64,000 bases of DNA from the human T2T-CHM13v2.0 reference genome, Homo sapiens, in assembly GCF_009914755.1 (NCBI RefSeq), contig NC_060937.1; one strand, given 5' to 3'. This document shows positions 28,801-42,289 of the stretch, one piece after another (position 1 is the stretch's first letter; every line of letters starts with the position of its first letter). The translations under genes were made by a program, and so were the position numbers. The notes below the pieces were generated by a model. That model saw nothing but the letters and a program-made list of their open reading frames with translations. It did no database searches and was not told the origin of the DNA.

Positions 28801-29442
28801 AAGTAAAGTTTCAGGATACAAAATCGATGTGTAAAAATCAGTAGCATTTCCATACACCAACAACATCTAGGCTAAGAGTGAAATCAAGAACACAATTCCT
28901 CTTTCAATGGCCTCGAAGAAAATGAAATACCTAGGAATACAGCTAACCAAGGAGGTGAAAGATCTCTACAAGGAGAACTGCGAAACGCTGCTGAAATAAA
29001 TCAAAGGCAACACAAATAAATAGAAAAAACATTCCATGCTCATGGATTGGAAGAATCAATATCATAAAAATGGCCACACTGCCTAAAGCAATTTGCTTTG
29101 CTATTCCTATCAAACTACCAATGTCATTATACATGGAATTAGAAAAAAATGATTCTAAAATTCATATGGCAATAGAAAAGAGCCCAAATAACCAAAACAA
29201 TGCTAAGCCAAAAGAACAAAGCCAGAAGCATCACATTACTCGACCTCACACTATACTATAAAGCCACAGTAACCAAAATAGCTTTATGTTGGTACAAAAA
29301 TAGACACACAAACGAATGGAACAGAATAGAAAAATCAGAAATAAAGCCACACACCTATAATCTTCTGCTCTTCAACGAGGCTAACAAAAACAAGCAATGG
29401 GGAAAGGACTCCCTTCTCAATAAATGAGGCTGGGATAACTGG
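25853..29442 (+). mobile_element. Older primate L1 (L1P4/L1PA13-17/L1PB-like): 5' UTR, decayed ORF1 and internally deleted ORF2; 3' end missing
   Basis: Starts at aagatgg with a GC-richer UTR. ORF1 start MRKNQCKNSGNSK lies at about 27018. ORF2 pieces appear in ORFs 28342-28626 and 29200-29427. Confidence 0.9.
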
Positions 29443-30613
29443 AATTCAATCATACACATGTTATAAAGGAGTTTAAAGTGTTACTGAAAATATGTAATAA
29501 TTTAAATGAATTAAATTGTTCTCTATTTTTAAAGAGCTAAATCAGGTGATTTTAGTAAATGTGAATTTCCAGTTTGAAGACATTGCTTTAAACACAAACA
29601 TTTGCATCTGTTTCTTCTGAGAGTTAGAAGGGGAAATAATAGCAAAAGTATTTCAAGCAAAGAAAAAACAGCCTAATGGTAACTGTCAATTGGCCATAAT
29701 AAGTACAATCCTAAAGTGGCAGTACGGACAGCCGAGCAGCAAAGTGACGTGCACTGTGGAACTTTTGCAGGGTTCAGTAATTGGCAACATGAGGTAGGTT
29801 AGGAGAAAGGGTGAAAATTGGAAGATTGCTTGAAAGTTGGATTTTCTACTTCAAACAATCAGAAGAGGCTGTCTCTCATCATCTTAGAAAATTGAAATTT
29901 ATTACCCATTGAGGTAGAAAAAGTATCTGGACCACAGTGTTTCTGGCCAAAGTTCTACCACAATTGAGAGGAAGAATACCACACCAAAATAGGAAGTGGG
30001 GGCAGCTAAAGAGTGAAAGATTTATATCTTCAGAAACCTGATTATTCCCTCAAAAATGACCTGATACATTGACTCTGGGTATTTTCCAGTAAGATTGGCT
30101 AGCTAGGTCACCACATGTGCAATCCACAAACAGCATGCATGTGTACAAATTCTCAAATAAGATTTAATGACTCTTAAACATGAGTCAAGATCACAGATAC
30201 GAAAGGAATGTTCTAATATTAAACAGACACTTAAAGAAAGCAACTTGGAAAAAACAGACTATGAAGGGAGGTAACTAAAAATAAAATAAAAACAGAAAAA
30301 AGCAAAAACTTTCATCACAATTTCAGAGATAAAAGAAGTGCTATCACGTCTGTGAAACAAGATTATGGTACTACATAAATACTTAGAGAACAAAAGAATT
30401 TTTTAAATTAAATATATGAGCAGAGAAATGAAATTTAGTAGAAAGACTGAAAGATATTGTTGTGACACTCTAAGAACAAAAGTGAAACTTAAAATTGCAA
30501 ACCAAACCAGAACTTTTGTAGACCATATATATGTATATAATATAGACAAATTATACATGATAAATAAATGTATATTGATATATGCTTATATATAACTATA
30601 TATAAAATTTGTC

Positions 30614-31152
30614 TGTTAAAGGGTAAAGAAAAGCACAATAACACTACACTTAATTTTAACTACCAGTGATTCATGAATAAGGCTGCTCTAAACCAAACGT
30701 GGCTGTGCTGAAGGAATGCCAGAGGAAGGCTTTTATACAGAGAACATGGAAGTAAAGTAATGACAATTTTTGACTCATTAAAGTCAAATATATTAACATT
30801 ATTATCAATACAAAAATAGACCTACAAAGCCTTATTTGGTCTATCCTTCTGCAACATTCATAATTAAATAGCTATAATTAATTGATGGCTTTTGATTGGT
30901 TAGCCTTATTTTTTTTTTAATATGGGTATTAAAATTTTAGAAAATTAAAATTAAAGAAAATATTTTTTCTTTAATATGGGTATGTAGGAGAGATAGCTCA
31001 AGTTAAATTATGTTTACAAACCAAGCAAGATTAATATAATATCACTAATGAGGCCTTAATAGCAGGATTAATATAATATCACTAATGAGGCCTTAATGGG
31101 TTTGTCTACTCAGGAATTCTCCAGTCTGGTCTCCATTTTAATTTACTCTAAC
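30614..31152 (-). mobile_element. ERV1 solo LTR, MER90/MER110-like
   Basis: The reverse complement begins ...gagtaaattaaaatggagaccagactggagaattcctgagtagacaaaccc...taaggcctcatt. Confidence 0.6.
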
Positions 31153-31154
31153 TA

Positions 31155-31440
31155 CATATATATACATACACACACGCACACACGTATATACATGTTATAT
31201 GTATATGTTTATGTATACATATGCATTGTATACATAAACATATATATGTATATATAGATATATGTTATACATCATAATTTTAATATAGATTAATAAAATA
31301 CCTCTGATATATATTATATAAAATATAATAATGTAATGCATAATATATATGCATTGATAATGTTAATATATATTTTAATATATTATTGGATATATAGTTA
31401 ATATATTGTAAATTTAATTTAATAATGTAATACTTAAAAA
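31155..31440. repeat. TA/TATG low-complexity tract
   Basis: Degenerate (TA)n/(CA)n repeats; almost purely AT toward the 3' end. Confidence 0.85.
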
Positions 31441-31947
31441 GAACACAGTTATAATAGAGAGTAGACAATCATTGAACAAATAATTAAAATTTCTAAGTTG
31501 CAAGACCCCATTGAGAGACAAAAAATAGATGAAAATAGATCAATTCTGGGGCAAATAAGCCTGAAATTTAAGATTATTTGGGAAAAAAAGAGAATATCCT
31601 AGGTGAATTCAAAGAGGAAAGGCTAATATAGTAATGATAAAAAGTTAAATTGACACTGGATTTCTCAACAGCATCTCGGGAAGCTGAGAGAGAATGATGC
31701 AATGACTTTAACTTCTGAAGCAAATTTGATTTCCAAACTTAAATTATATCCCACGCTAACAATTATTTGAAAGTTAAGTGTAGATTTCAGATGTACAAGG
31801 TCTCAGAAATCTTAACTCCTATGGACTTTTCTTTAGGAAACTACAGTACAGCATACAACAAAACAAAGGAGATACCAAGAAAGGAAATAATATGCAATTC
31901 TGAAAAAAAGGTGATCCAACACCAAAGTAGGGAATGGGTAGAAGCCA

Positions 31948-32090
31948 TGTGACACTGTCAAGATCCTCCTTCAGTACAGAATTATGTGTTACTCGCAGTG
32001 CTGGGAGGGCCACCTGCAACAGCCCTGAGCTGCCAGCCTTCTGAGAGTGCCTTAGCTGAAGGGAGCAGCTGGCCACTCACCTTACCTTGG
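31948..32090 (+). mobile_element. ERVL LTR 5' fragment (LTR33-like)
   Basis: tgtg...agatcctccttcag...tgctgggag...tgccttagctgaagggagc. Confidence 0.5.
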
Positions 32091-32214
32091 GATAGCTGTG
32101 TACTTTTGTATATAATCCCTATATTTCTAAATGTCATGCTTATACTCTCATTGCTCCTTGGTTTTTCTGTTTTTGTCATTAAAACAGAGCTAGGGTTGGC
32201 TACTGTGTTTTTTT

Positions 32215-32610
32215 GTAATAGATAAATTTGTAGATTATTTGATTCTTCAAAATGTATGTATGTTTAAAAAGCAAGCTTACAATGTAATGCATTATCATGA
32301 TCAAATTGGAGTAACTGAGATATATATCACCTCAAGCATTTATAACTTCTTTTCATTAGAAACATTCCCATTTCATTCTTCTAGTTATTTTGAAACATAC
32401 AATAAACTATTATTAACTATAATCACCCTATTGTGCCAGAATGCTGGCTTGTATTGATTCTATCTAACTTTATTTTTTACCCGTTAACCAATACCTCCTC
32501 ATCTTCTCCTCCCCACAACCCTTACAGCCTCTGGAAAACATTATTCTATTCTTTATTCAAGATTTTAACCTTCTTAGCTTTTACATATAGGTGAGAACAT
32601 GCAATATTAT
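32215..32610 (-). mobile_element. L1MA 3' UTR fragment
   Basis: atcacctcaagcatttat, ctagttattttgaaa and gtgagaacatgcaatatt. Confidence 0.85.
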
Positions 32611-33533
32611 AAAATTAAAATAAAAAAATTAAATAACATATCAAATAAGTATGAAAAAATGGTGACCTAAATGAAATAAGTCATGAGGTAAAAGGCATTT
32701 TCATCCCTTTTGCATTACTAAAAAGGGTGGCTATTCTAACCATCACTAAGAGTAAAGACATTTCCTGATATAAAGATGTCTCCAGAGTTTAAGAAGTAGA
32801 AAAAAATTTATTGCTTTATACCTTCTTTACATATTTAGTTTTCATAATCATTAATCTGATATATCAGAAATGAGTTACTTGCCTAAAAAAATTATAGTTT
32901 TGTTGAAACAGCAGCATAGCATACTATTTGTAGCATCTGTACAATGTGATAATAATTTTATTACTCCTTTACTCTTCTTGATGATATAAAAAACTTGGTG
33001 AGTATATGCTCCTCTAGAAAATCAAACACATATAACTATACAATTATGATAATATTTTCAGAGACTAAAATTTTTATTATAGGTGAAGAAAAACTCCTTA
33101 AATTATAAAGCTAGGTAACTCACAATGTTTTACAGACTAAAAAAAAAATACCTTTCAAGAATTTATTTAGTTTAATAATAAATTTACAATCCACTATTTA
33201 AGTATTAGAATTGTTGAAGTATTTAAATATTTACTACTGGGAAGTCACTTACTTACTTTCATTTTTGAAGGATAAAATTCATTACAAATATAATATACAG
33301 CCTGCATTTTCCAAATTCTATTTTGTTTCAAAAACGTAAAAAAAGCCAACTGATCAGATAAAGACCTTACAGATATTTCCAAGATGAACTACCACAATGC
33401 TTTGATTTCTTCTGCTTTTAATGACAAGTTGAGTTAACTTGAGCGAGGTCTTTTGTGTGCACGGGTTAAGGGCACTTTCCTAAAAAAAGTCTATAAAAAG
33501 TATCAAAAAGTATCAAATCCATGTTGTATAAGA

Positions 33534-33576
33534 GTGTGTGTGTGTGTGTATCTGTGTGTGTGTGTGTGTTTGTGTG
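33534..33576. repeat. Interrupted (TG)n microsatellite
   Basis: Read directly from the sequence. Confidence 0.9.
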
Positions 33577-33966
33577 CTTGGACCCAAATATGAAATGCAA
33601 ATTTTGTGATAACTGTTTTTGTACCATCTGTCCCTGACCCACTGTACTTCCTAAGTTCTTATGTAGCTTATGCCCATACCTAATGCTATGTATCCCGAAA
33701 GATTTGTATACTGCCTGATGATATGTTCCACTTTTAATTATTTTATATGCAGTATCAATGTATTGGCCCATATTCTATTCAAACTCTGAATTTATAAAAG
33801 TGAGAAAAACACACCCCTATTAGTGGGCAACTTTCATTGTAGTACTGTTTGGACTTTATTCTTTATTTTAAGAAGCCAATGGATATCCCCGTTTTTTAAT
33901 ATTGCCTATGATAAATATGTTCTGTAAAATACAATAATATATCTAAAATTTCAGGAGTCTAATGGC

Positions 33967-34005
<39 letters not shown>

Positions 34006-34010
34006 CAGAT
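33967..34010. repeat. (AGAT)9 AGAC AGAT tetranucleotide STR
   Basis: Read directly from the sequence. Confidence 0.95.
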
Positions 34011-35211
34011 ATAGATATATATACCTAGCAACAGATTAATTACTGGGAGTTTTCTTCACTACAGAAGTAGCCCACTCATTCTCAAGATAAAGATGTTGAA
34101 CAGAAGATGAGTACAACAGCTGATATTTTATAATTTTCATATTGTACAGCACACATTTATTTAATGTGTTTTTCCCTGAAGCTTTGTACTCATTTTTTTT
34201 TGCATGTATCTTGATCCAAACAATTTATAAAAACCAATTAGTTGGGATTTTTATATATTGCCTGATTTAGAGCCATTAACCCATTTTAGTGTCTCAGGTT
34301 CACAATTTCTAAGACAAGGGTAAAAATAATCACACACTGAGTGATATTTAATGGCTAATAAAAGTACCATTTGAAAAGAGAATTAGTAGTATAACCTTTA
34401 AGCTCAGGCTCTCCTAGGTGTAATATATAGCCTTAGGAGAAATAGTTTTTAATTAATTGTGTAATTTCAAGTTTTGTCTTTTCATCACTGTGTTCCCTTT
34501 TCAGAGAGTCAGCTATGTAATTACAGACTCAGATGAACACAGATACTTGTGACAAGTAACTATAACCAATAAACTCCAGAAAACTGCTTTTATATCTTTT
34601 ACTGATTTTTGTTTTGTCTTTCTCTTTTCCCAAGAAAAGTGAGAATAATTTATTTGTCCTATCAAAGTATTTTATGTCATTATTATTTCAGACTATCATG
34701 ACTAGTAGGCTACAGGTTGAGAATTATGTTTGAATAAAGCTTGAAATGACATTATAATTTTAATTAAATAATATATTTGATAAAAATATGACTTAAAATG
34801 TGTTCCCTTGAAATGAGCATTTTTCATAAAAGAATACAAGAGCAACTCACATGTGTTTAAAATTCTATTAAAAGAGGAACAAATTTTTTTATTTGGTTAT
34901 AATAAACATGCTAGATAATGTATTAATATGTTGTGATTTTAACTTTCCTTACTAATACTTTTAAATAATCTAAATATTTGCATCAAAAGCATACAACTGT
35001 GGACAACTGTATCAAAACAATATAGAAAAGTAGATCTGAGAACTTTCAAATTATAAATAAAATTTTCTTACAAATGGAAACACATTTGAATAAAGATTAT
35101 TACGACCATTGATCTCTCTATTAGTCAACATAATAAACCAAGGCTAATCACTGTTTACTGTTCATTCAGACCAGGTTACATATATGGCAAAGTTACTTGT
35201 CTACCTGAATA

Positions 35212-35480
35212 TTAGGTACAAAGTTACAATTAGACAGGAAGAATAACTTCTAGTGTTTTATTATACAGTAAGTGACAATAGCTGACAATAATGCTTTGTA
35301 TGTTTCAGGATAACTAGAAGAGATTATCTTGAATTCTATCATCACAAGGAAATGGTAAATGTTTAATGTTAAGGATGAGCTAATCACACTGATTTAATCA
35401 TTATACAATGTATACAATACTGAAACATGATACTTTAACTCATAAATATGTACAAATATGTGTCAATTATAAGTAAAATG
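35212..35480 (+). mobile_element. L1MA 3' end fragment
   Basis: ggtacaaagttacaattagacaggaagaataa...cataaatatgtacaa. Confidence 0.85.
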
Positions 35481-35880
35481 AAACAACAAACCCAAAACTG
35501 TCTCAGTTTGTTTAAAAGCAAAACAAAAAACCCACAAGATGAATATTATGAATATTACATATATTACAAATGATACAACCATTATTTTCAAGGGTAATAC
35601 TTCTTCTTAGATTCTATTTATATGCTGATTATTTTCTCTAATTCCAGATTCATGTATCATTGTGTTTTAATTATGTTTTATAAATGTGTATTTTGTAGTT
35701 TATTTTTGTCTACATCATGAAAGTTCTTTTCAAAAGTCACCATCAAACAATTCAGAAAAAAGACTTGTTTTAAGTGTAATGTTGGAAAAATTAGCTGATT
35801 TTATCTAGTGAATAGGCTGTTATGACTTTGAAGGAAAGAAATAAATACTAATAATACTTTAATAATAATAATAATGAAAT

Positions 35881-36245
35881 GTGACAGACTCATTTAATAG
35901 CTGAAAACACTATACGCTATTTCTAATGAGCAAGTTGATTAGATATGATTGAAATAGATTTTACACTTACTAACAAAAAAATTATACTACTTAGAATACA
36001 TTTTGGAATTTGGGGTCTTTGAATTGCTATTTGATTCTATAATCTCACCATACAGAATATTCTTGATTTACATTTTACATTTATTTTTAAAGTTCATAAG
36101 GTCAATAGGGTATACAGTGTTATAACAATAAAATATTTATATTTATCTTATTTAAAGTTGCATATTCTTGTTTTTTCTCAATGTTTTCTCCCTCCAGTCT
36201 TATTTTCTGCCAGAACTTTTGTTTCACTAACACTGACACTCATTT
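35881..36245 (+). repeat. Dispersed duplication B, copy 1 (365 bp)
   Basis: Matches 39827-40190 with 5 substitutions and one 1-nt indel. Confidence 0.97.
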
Positions 36246-36579
36246 CATTATGTGAACCTTTTTGGAAATCTTTTATCATATTGCCATCTCATAGAGGATA
36301 AATCTATCTACCAATGTTATGTTCACAGCTGTTCTTCACCCTGTTGCAGTTTTTCATCCCAGTATTATCACTTCCTTCTCCACACTCCTTGGCATTAATG
36401 CTTTATTCTTCCTTTGCTTCCTTTGCCTGGAATGCTCTCCCCTCCTTCCCACATTATGCATCTAGTCTAGTGGCATGTCCTTTAACTTTCACAGCATATA
36501 TAAGGCTTTCCCTTCTCTACAATAACTTTTTTGAAAAATTTATTCAGTGTCAAGTGACTTTGTGGCTTCTTTTCTATTT

Positions 36580-37308
36580 ACTTATACATTTTTTTTACAA
36601 TTAACTGTGCATATTTAAATTGTAGAAGTTGGTAAGTCTTATAAGTAAAAATGCATTGTGTTTACACAGTGAACAAATCCATTACCTTCAAATGTTTTCT
36701 CATGTTCCTTTTAGTCTCACTCTCCTAATGCTGCCTATTTTTCATCCTCAAGGAAGCATTGCCCTTATTGTTGTCAGTATGGAATAGTTTGTGTTCTCTA
36801 GAATGTTACATACATGAAACCATTTAAAATTGTCTTCTTTTTGGAGGCAGGTAATAGTTTGGCTCCTTTTACTCAGTATAATTCTTGAGATTTATCAATG
36901 TTGTTGCATGTATGAAGAGTTTTTCTCTTATTGACAAACACTCTTCCATTGTATGGATATGTCCATTTTTTTTTCACCATTCCCCTATTCATAGACATTT
37001 GGGTTGTTTCCAGTATTGGGATACTAGGAAAAAATTAGTTATGAAGATTAGTGTAAAAGTTTTTGTATGGACATATATTATCCTTTATTTTGAGTTAATA
37101 TCTAAGGATGAAATAGCTGGCAGGTATTATGTTCAATGTATGAAGATGCTGCTAAACTATTTTCCAAGGTGGTTATAACATTTGATTTTTTACCCAAATG
37201 TGTGAGACTTTTATTTATTCTCCATCCAGAACAACACGGGCCATGATCAATTTTGTTGATTTTAGTTCCAATAATATGTAGGGTTTTCTCATTGTCGTTT
37301 TAAGTTGT
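36580..37308 (-). mobile_element. Old L1MC/MD/ME 3' region
   Basis: ttcttgagatttatcaatgttgttgcatgtat, agacatttgggttgtttccagt and ttttccaaggtggtt. Confidence 0.8.
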
Positions 37309-38200
37309 ATCATCTCATCCCAGTTAAAATGACTTTTATGCAAAAGATAGGCAATAAAGAATGCTGGTAAGGATTTGGAGAATAGAATAATCTCATACAC
37401 CATTGGTGGGAATGTAAAGTAGTGTAACCACTCTGAACAGTTTGGAGGTTTTTTTAAAAAAAAAAAAACAAAAAATAGAACTACCAAATGATCCTGCAAT
37501 ACCATTAATGGGTGTACATCCTAAAGAAAGTAAATCAGTGCACCAAAGAGATATCTATACTTCCATGTTTATTGCAGCAATAATATTGCAGCAGTTGTTT
37601 ATTGCAGCAATATTCACAATAGCCAAGATATGAAATTGACTTAATTTTCCAGCAATAGATGAACAGATAAAGAGAATGTAGTATACATACATAATGGAGC
37701 ACTATTCAGCCATAGAAATGAATGAGATCCTGTCATTTGCAACAACATGGATGCAACTGAAGAACATTATGTTGAGTGAAATAAATTAGGCTCAGAAAGA
37801 CAAATATTATACCTCCTCACTCATATGTGGAAGCTAAAAAATAAACTCATGGAGAAAGTAGAAAGATGGTTTTCAGTGGCTGAGAAAGGTAGCAGAACAA
37901 GGGGATAGGAGGCAATGGTTAATGGGTACAAGAAAATACAATTAGAATGAATAAGATCTAGTATTCAGTAACACAATAGAGTGACTGTAGATAACAGTCA
38001 TTTGCTGTATATTTTAAAATAACTGAAAAAGTAGACTCAGAATGTTCCTAACAGAAAGAAATAATAAATAATTGAGGTGATTAATATCCCAGTTACCCTG
38101 TTTTGATAATTACATATTGTATGTCACTACCAAAACATCACATATACCTCATTAATAAAGACACTATTATGTACCCATAATAATTAAAAATAAATTAATA
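37309..38200 (+). mobile_element. L1MA 3' fragment (ORF2 end + 3' UTR)
   Basis: tatcatctcatcccagttaaaatg; KIELPNDPAIPL in ORF 37442; ends tatgtacccataataattaaaaataaa. Confidence 0.9.
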
Positions 38201-38989
38201 ACTTTAGCCAATGGAAGGGTTTTATAATTTGTACTTAATTATATTGTTTAAATTTAAAAAAATAAAAAATGCTTTTCAAAAAACATAAGATAACAAAAAA
38301 TTAAGCCATAGACAGAGACAAAGTTTCAAGTAATATTTCTAACAAAAAACTTTCAAAATTCAATAATTATCCATTATTTTGATATAGACCTTCCTCTGAT
38401 GAATTTGATTCAACTTTTCACTTGCCTGCCTCTTAATAGATTTACATTCCTTGAAATTAGAGAGCTTTTATACTCTAAAAATTTTTTCAGTGATTGTAAT
38501 AGCCCTCTCATGTAAAAGTCTCCAAAAGTTTGATAAATGCACATATAATTTGGCATTGGTTATATAAAATATATATTTTTACTTATATATTTTTATTCTT
38601 GTAGTCAATGGTATCAATGAATGATAAAGTTAAAAGGTATATATTCCAATTACGTTTTTTAAAAATTGCCAGCTAATAGGTAATGGCTTACGTATGTAAA
38701 TATGTATAAAGAAATAGAAGATTGTCTTATTTTTCAAATAATATTTGTGAGTAAAGATACACAAACTTAAAGACATCATTAGAAATATCTCTGACATATT
38801 TAGGCATTAGAGTATTATTTTAAACTGGGGGAAAATTTTATGTAATCTCTTTATATTCTTCACTGTAACATTTTTAATAACATTTAACAAGGCTATAATT
38901 TATTATTTGAATTGAAATATTGCTTTCTATGCAACTGACTTTTCAACATCAGTGTAAAATACGGAGATAGGTTGAGAAGTTATTCTGGT

Positions 38990-39230
38990 TATGATAATTT
39001 GATAGCACAACACGGTGAATACAGTCAACAATAATTCATTGTACATTTTTAAATAACTAAAAGAGTATAATCGGACTGCTTGTAACACAAAAAAGGATGA
39101 ATGCTTGAGGTGATGGATATTCCATTTGTCCTGATGTGATTTTGACGCATTGTATACTTATATCAAAATGTCTCATATATGCCACAGATATAAATACCTA
39201 CAATGTATCCAGAAAAATAAAAAATAAAAT
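38990..39230 (+). mobile_element. L1MA2-like 3' end fragment
   Basis: atttgatagcacaaca...tgcttgaggtgatggata...aaataaaaaataaaa. Confidence 0.85.
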
Positions 39231-39315
39231 GCTAACAAATGCACACATGAGTGCATTTGAGTTAAAATTTAGATGATATAAAGTCATATAGAAATTTTAA
39301 AAATCCGTCAGAAGA

Positions 39316-39620
<305 letters not shown>

Positions 39621-39826
39621 TCAAAAGTGAGAAGGAACTAGTAACTCTAAGGTATATGGAACAGGAAGACCAGTGTTGAAGTCTTCAATTATACCAATGG
39701 TTTATTACATAACTCCTGGAGCCAAGATTAAACATAATTCCAGGGCAAATAAAAGTTTATTTATTTTCACATAAAATAAGATAATACTCTGACTAAATGT
39801 ATGAGAATTCTTCACATGAATCATAG

Positions 39827-40190
39827 GTGACAGACTCATTTAATAGCTGAAAACACTATACGCTATTTCTAATGAGCAAGTTGATTAGATATGATTGAAA
39901 TAGATTTTACACTTACTAACAAAAAAATTATACTACTTAGAATACATTTTGGAATTTGGGGTCTTTGAATTGCTATTTGATTCTATAATCTCACCATACA
40001 GAATATTCTTGATTTATATTTTACATTTATTTTTAAAGTTCATAAGGTCAATAGGGTATACAGTGTTATAACAATAAAATATTTATCTTTATCTTATTTA
40101 AAGTTGCATATTCTTGTTTTTCTTAATGTTTTCTCCCTCCAGTCTTACTTTCTGCCAGAACTTCTGTTTCACTAACACTGACACTCATTT
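39827..40190 (+). repeat. Dispersed duplication B, copy 2
   Basis: Matches 35881-36245. Confidence 0.97.
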
Positions 40191-42060
40191 TATTGCATGA
40201 AAAATGAAGCAAACATGCTATTAGCCATTCTTGGAAAATGTTACAAAAAATTTATCCAAAAATGTTACTCAAAGATGATTAAGAGGTTCTTAGTTTGATT
40301 TGGAAAGATGTAATCACCTTGTATTAAACTCTTACTGTATCTTAATACTTAATAATTGAAATTAATAATTTATATAAGCTACGATGTTACTCAATAAGCC
40401 TTTTTGATAAGCATCTGGGGCCAAGCTACATTTTGTAGCATCTTTCAGTGTTGTTGAATTTTGCAAATGAAAATATTTTAAGACAAATTGCTCTAAACTT
40501 CCAATGCCAGCCGAAACCACAGTGACCACTCTGCCAAAACTAAAACACCAGACAACATATGCGAAACAGTAGCTTTCAAGACATTCGCCACAGGTAGGTA
40601 AATATTTTCTTTCAGCTTGCTTGACTAAAAGAAGAAATATACAGCTGAAATCTTTGAGCTTCCCATGGTCTTTCCAACTCCATCTATATCATTCCCCCTC
40701 AGAAGTATAAGAACCAGTCCACTGAAGGTTCCTCATTAACCTAATTAATGGTACCTCCCTTCTGTTTAATTCACCCAGCTTTGATGTAGGTAGCTGCTTC
40801 CTAGTCTCTCTGTAACACCTCAATTCCCGAGTTGGAAACTTCCTAATATTTACATCGCATGAGCATTTCCTTTTTGATTTTTTAGTATTATACTTTTCAG
40901 GATTTTCTTGGTCAAGAATAAATGCAGACAGTATATATTTTACCACTTTTTTCTCTATAATTACAAGTGGAATTTAAATTCTAGAAAATTAGTCTCGTAG
41001 GGAAAAATATGTTTATTTGTGTGTAACTAACCTTGTTGATTTACCCAGAAAGTATGACTTCCATGTGTCTCTTCCACATCATCAAAGTTCTATAATGCCA
41101 ACTATTGTACCATCTCTTTATCAGTGTGCAAAGATCCACTCACAGAGGATTTTTCACTGAGTGAATTTGTTCATTTCTTGGGGGAGAATAGAACAAGTTG
41201 ATGTTCTCCCATGGGACCTAATAAAACCTTATGAACCTCTCTGCCCTGAAACGCTGCACTATTCCAAACCATCTTGGCAATGCTGATGATTTGTAAAAAG
41301 CCAGACCAGCTCTAATTCTTAATGAGAATTGTGAGAGAAATACGAATTAAAAGCTTGACTATATGCCACAGTTCAATTTAACATTCATTTCCTGAGTTTC
41401 TTAATTCTGGTAAGATTGTGCAGTTAACATAATACTTAACTTTGGATTCACATAATTTCTATTTTACCTTTAAATTTAAAATATCATGCTTCAGTTAAGT
41501 AAGACTCTAAAGTTACAAATTATTTCTTGATACATATCTAAAAATTGAAGATAAATCCACAATGGAAAGTTTTCCATAGCATGAATATTTTTATATATTT
41601 CCAACTGAATTTTAAGTGTATCTTTCTTATATATAAAGATTATTTTATTACAATATTTTGCTTTATTTAGTTTTCTCTATTTCTTGTACCTTGGATATGT
41701 ATTAGACATAAACAGAGATATGCTTTTAGACATAAATTGATATTTTACATTTCTGATATTGATAGGGTCTTTTTAATCATTCTTGCTAGTATTTGTTACT
41801 GATTAGCTTCACATCTTTAGATATATTACTTTATGTTTTTATTTCTTTATCTCTAAAATAGAAATAATGATAGTATCTAACCACAAGATAGTCTACAAGA
41901 TTCCTGCTTATCTTGCATATTCACTTTACTTTCCAATAAAACTTTCCTTCTCCTAATTTTGTTAAATATTCCACCTTCTCTAATTAACTATATGATTTCC
42001 TGAGAATTAAAAATAATGCTTTCAGGATAAGGTACTCTCTCAGTCTGCATGACCTTGCAC

Positions 42061-42289
42061 AATTATACCATCGGTTATAACCAAATAATACTCATTGCTT
42101 CAATCAATGTAATGGTAATATAAATATCCAGTAGATTTTGATTCATATATGGCCCTTAAGTATTGGTTGATGAGTTGCTATTGATGTTCACAGAAATTCA
42201 GAAGACAAATTCACAACACTCTTTTTAGCATGATATTCCTAAATAGTTTTTCTATGTATTCTTTGTCTTCTAAATAGAATGTACTTTAT
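42061..42289 (+). repeat. Dispersed duplication A, copy 2
   Basis: Matches 14245-14473 and abuts a truncated THE1B LTR. Confidence 0.95.

Larger units (their letters stand above)
29570..31945 (+). mobile_element. HAL1-like ancient LINE fragments (about 29570-30490 and 31460-31945)
   Basis: cagagataaaagaag...tgaaacaaga...agagaacaaaaga and ctggatttctcaacagca resemble the HAL1 ORF. Confidence 0.55.

Noticed and set aside
34480-34562. Possible roughly 50-nt exon (cccttttcag ... gtaact)
   Set aside because: The donor is weak and nothing links it to other exons. It cannot be supported without transcript data.
42278-42282. AATGT matching the THE1B right flank (44445-44449) as a possible TSD
   Set aside because: Similarity to copy 1 of the duplication continues past it, and the right flank does not continue the copy-1 sequence. 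It is probably a chance 5-mer.
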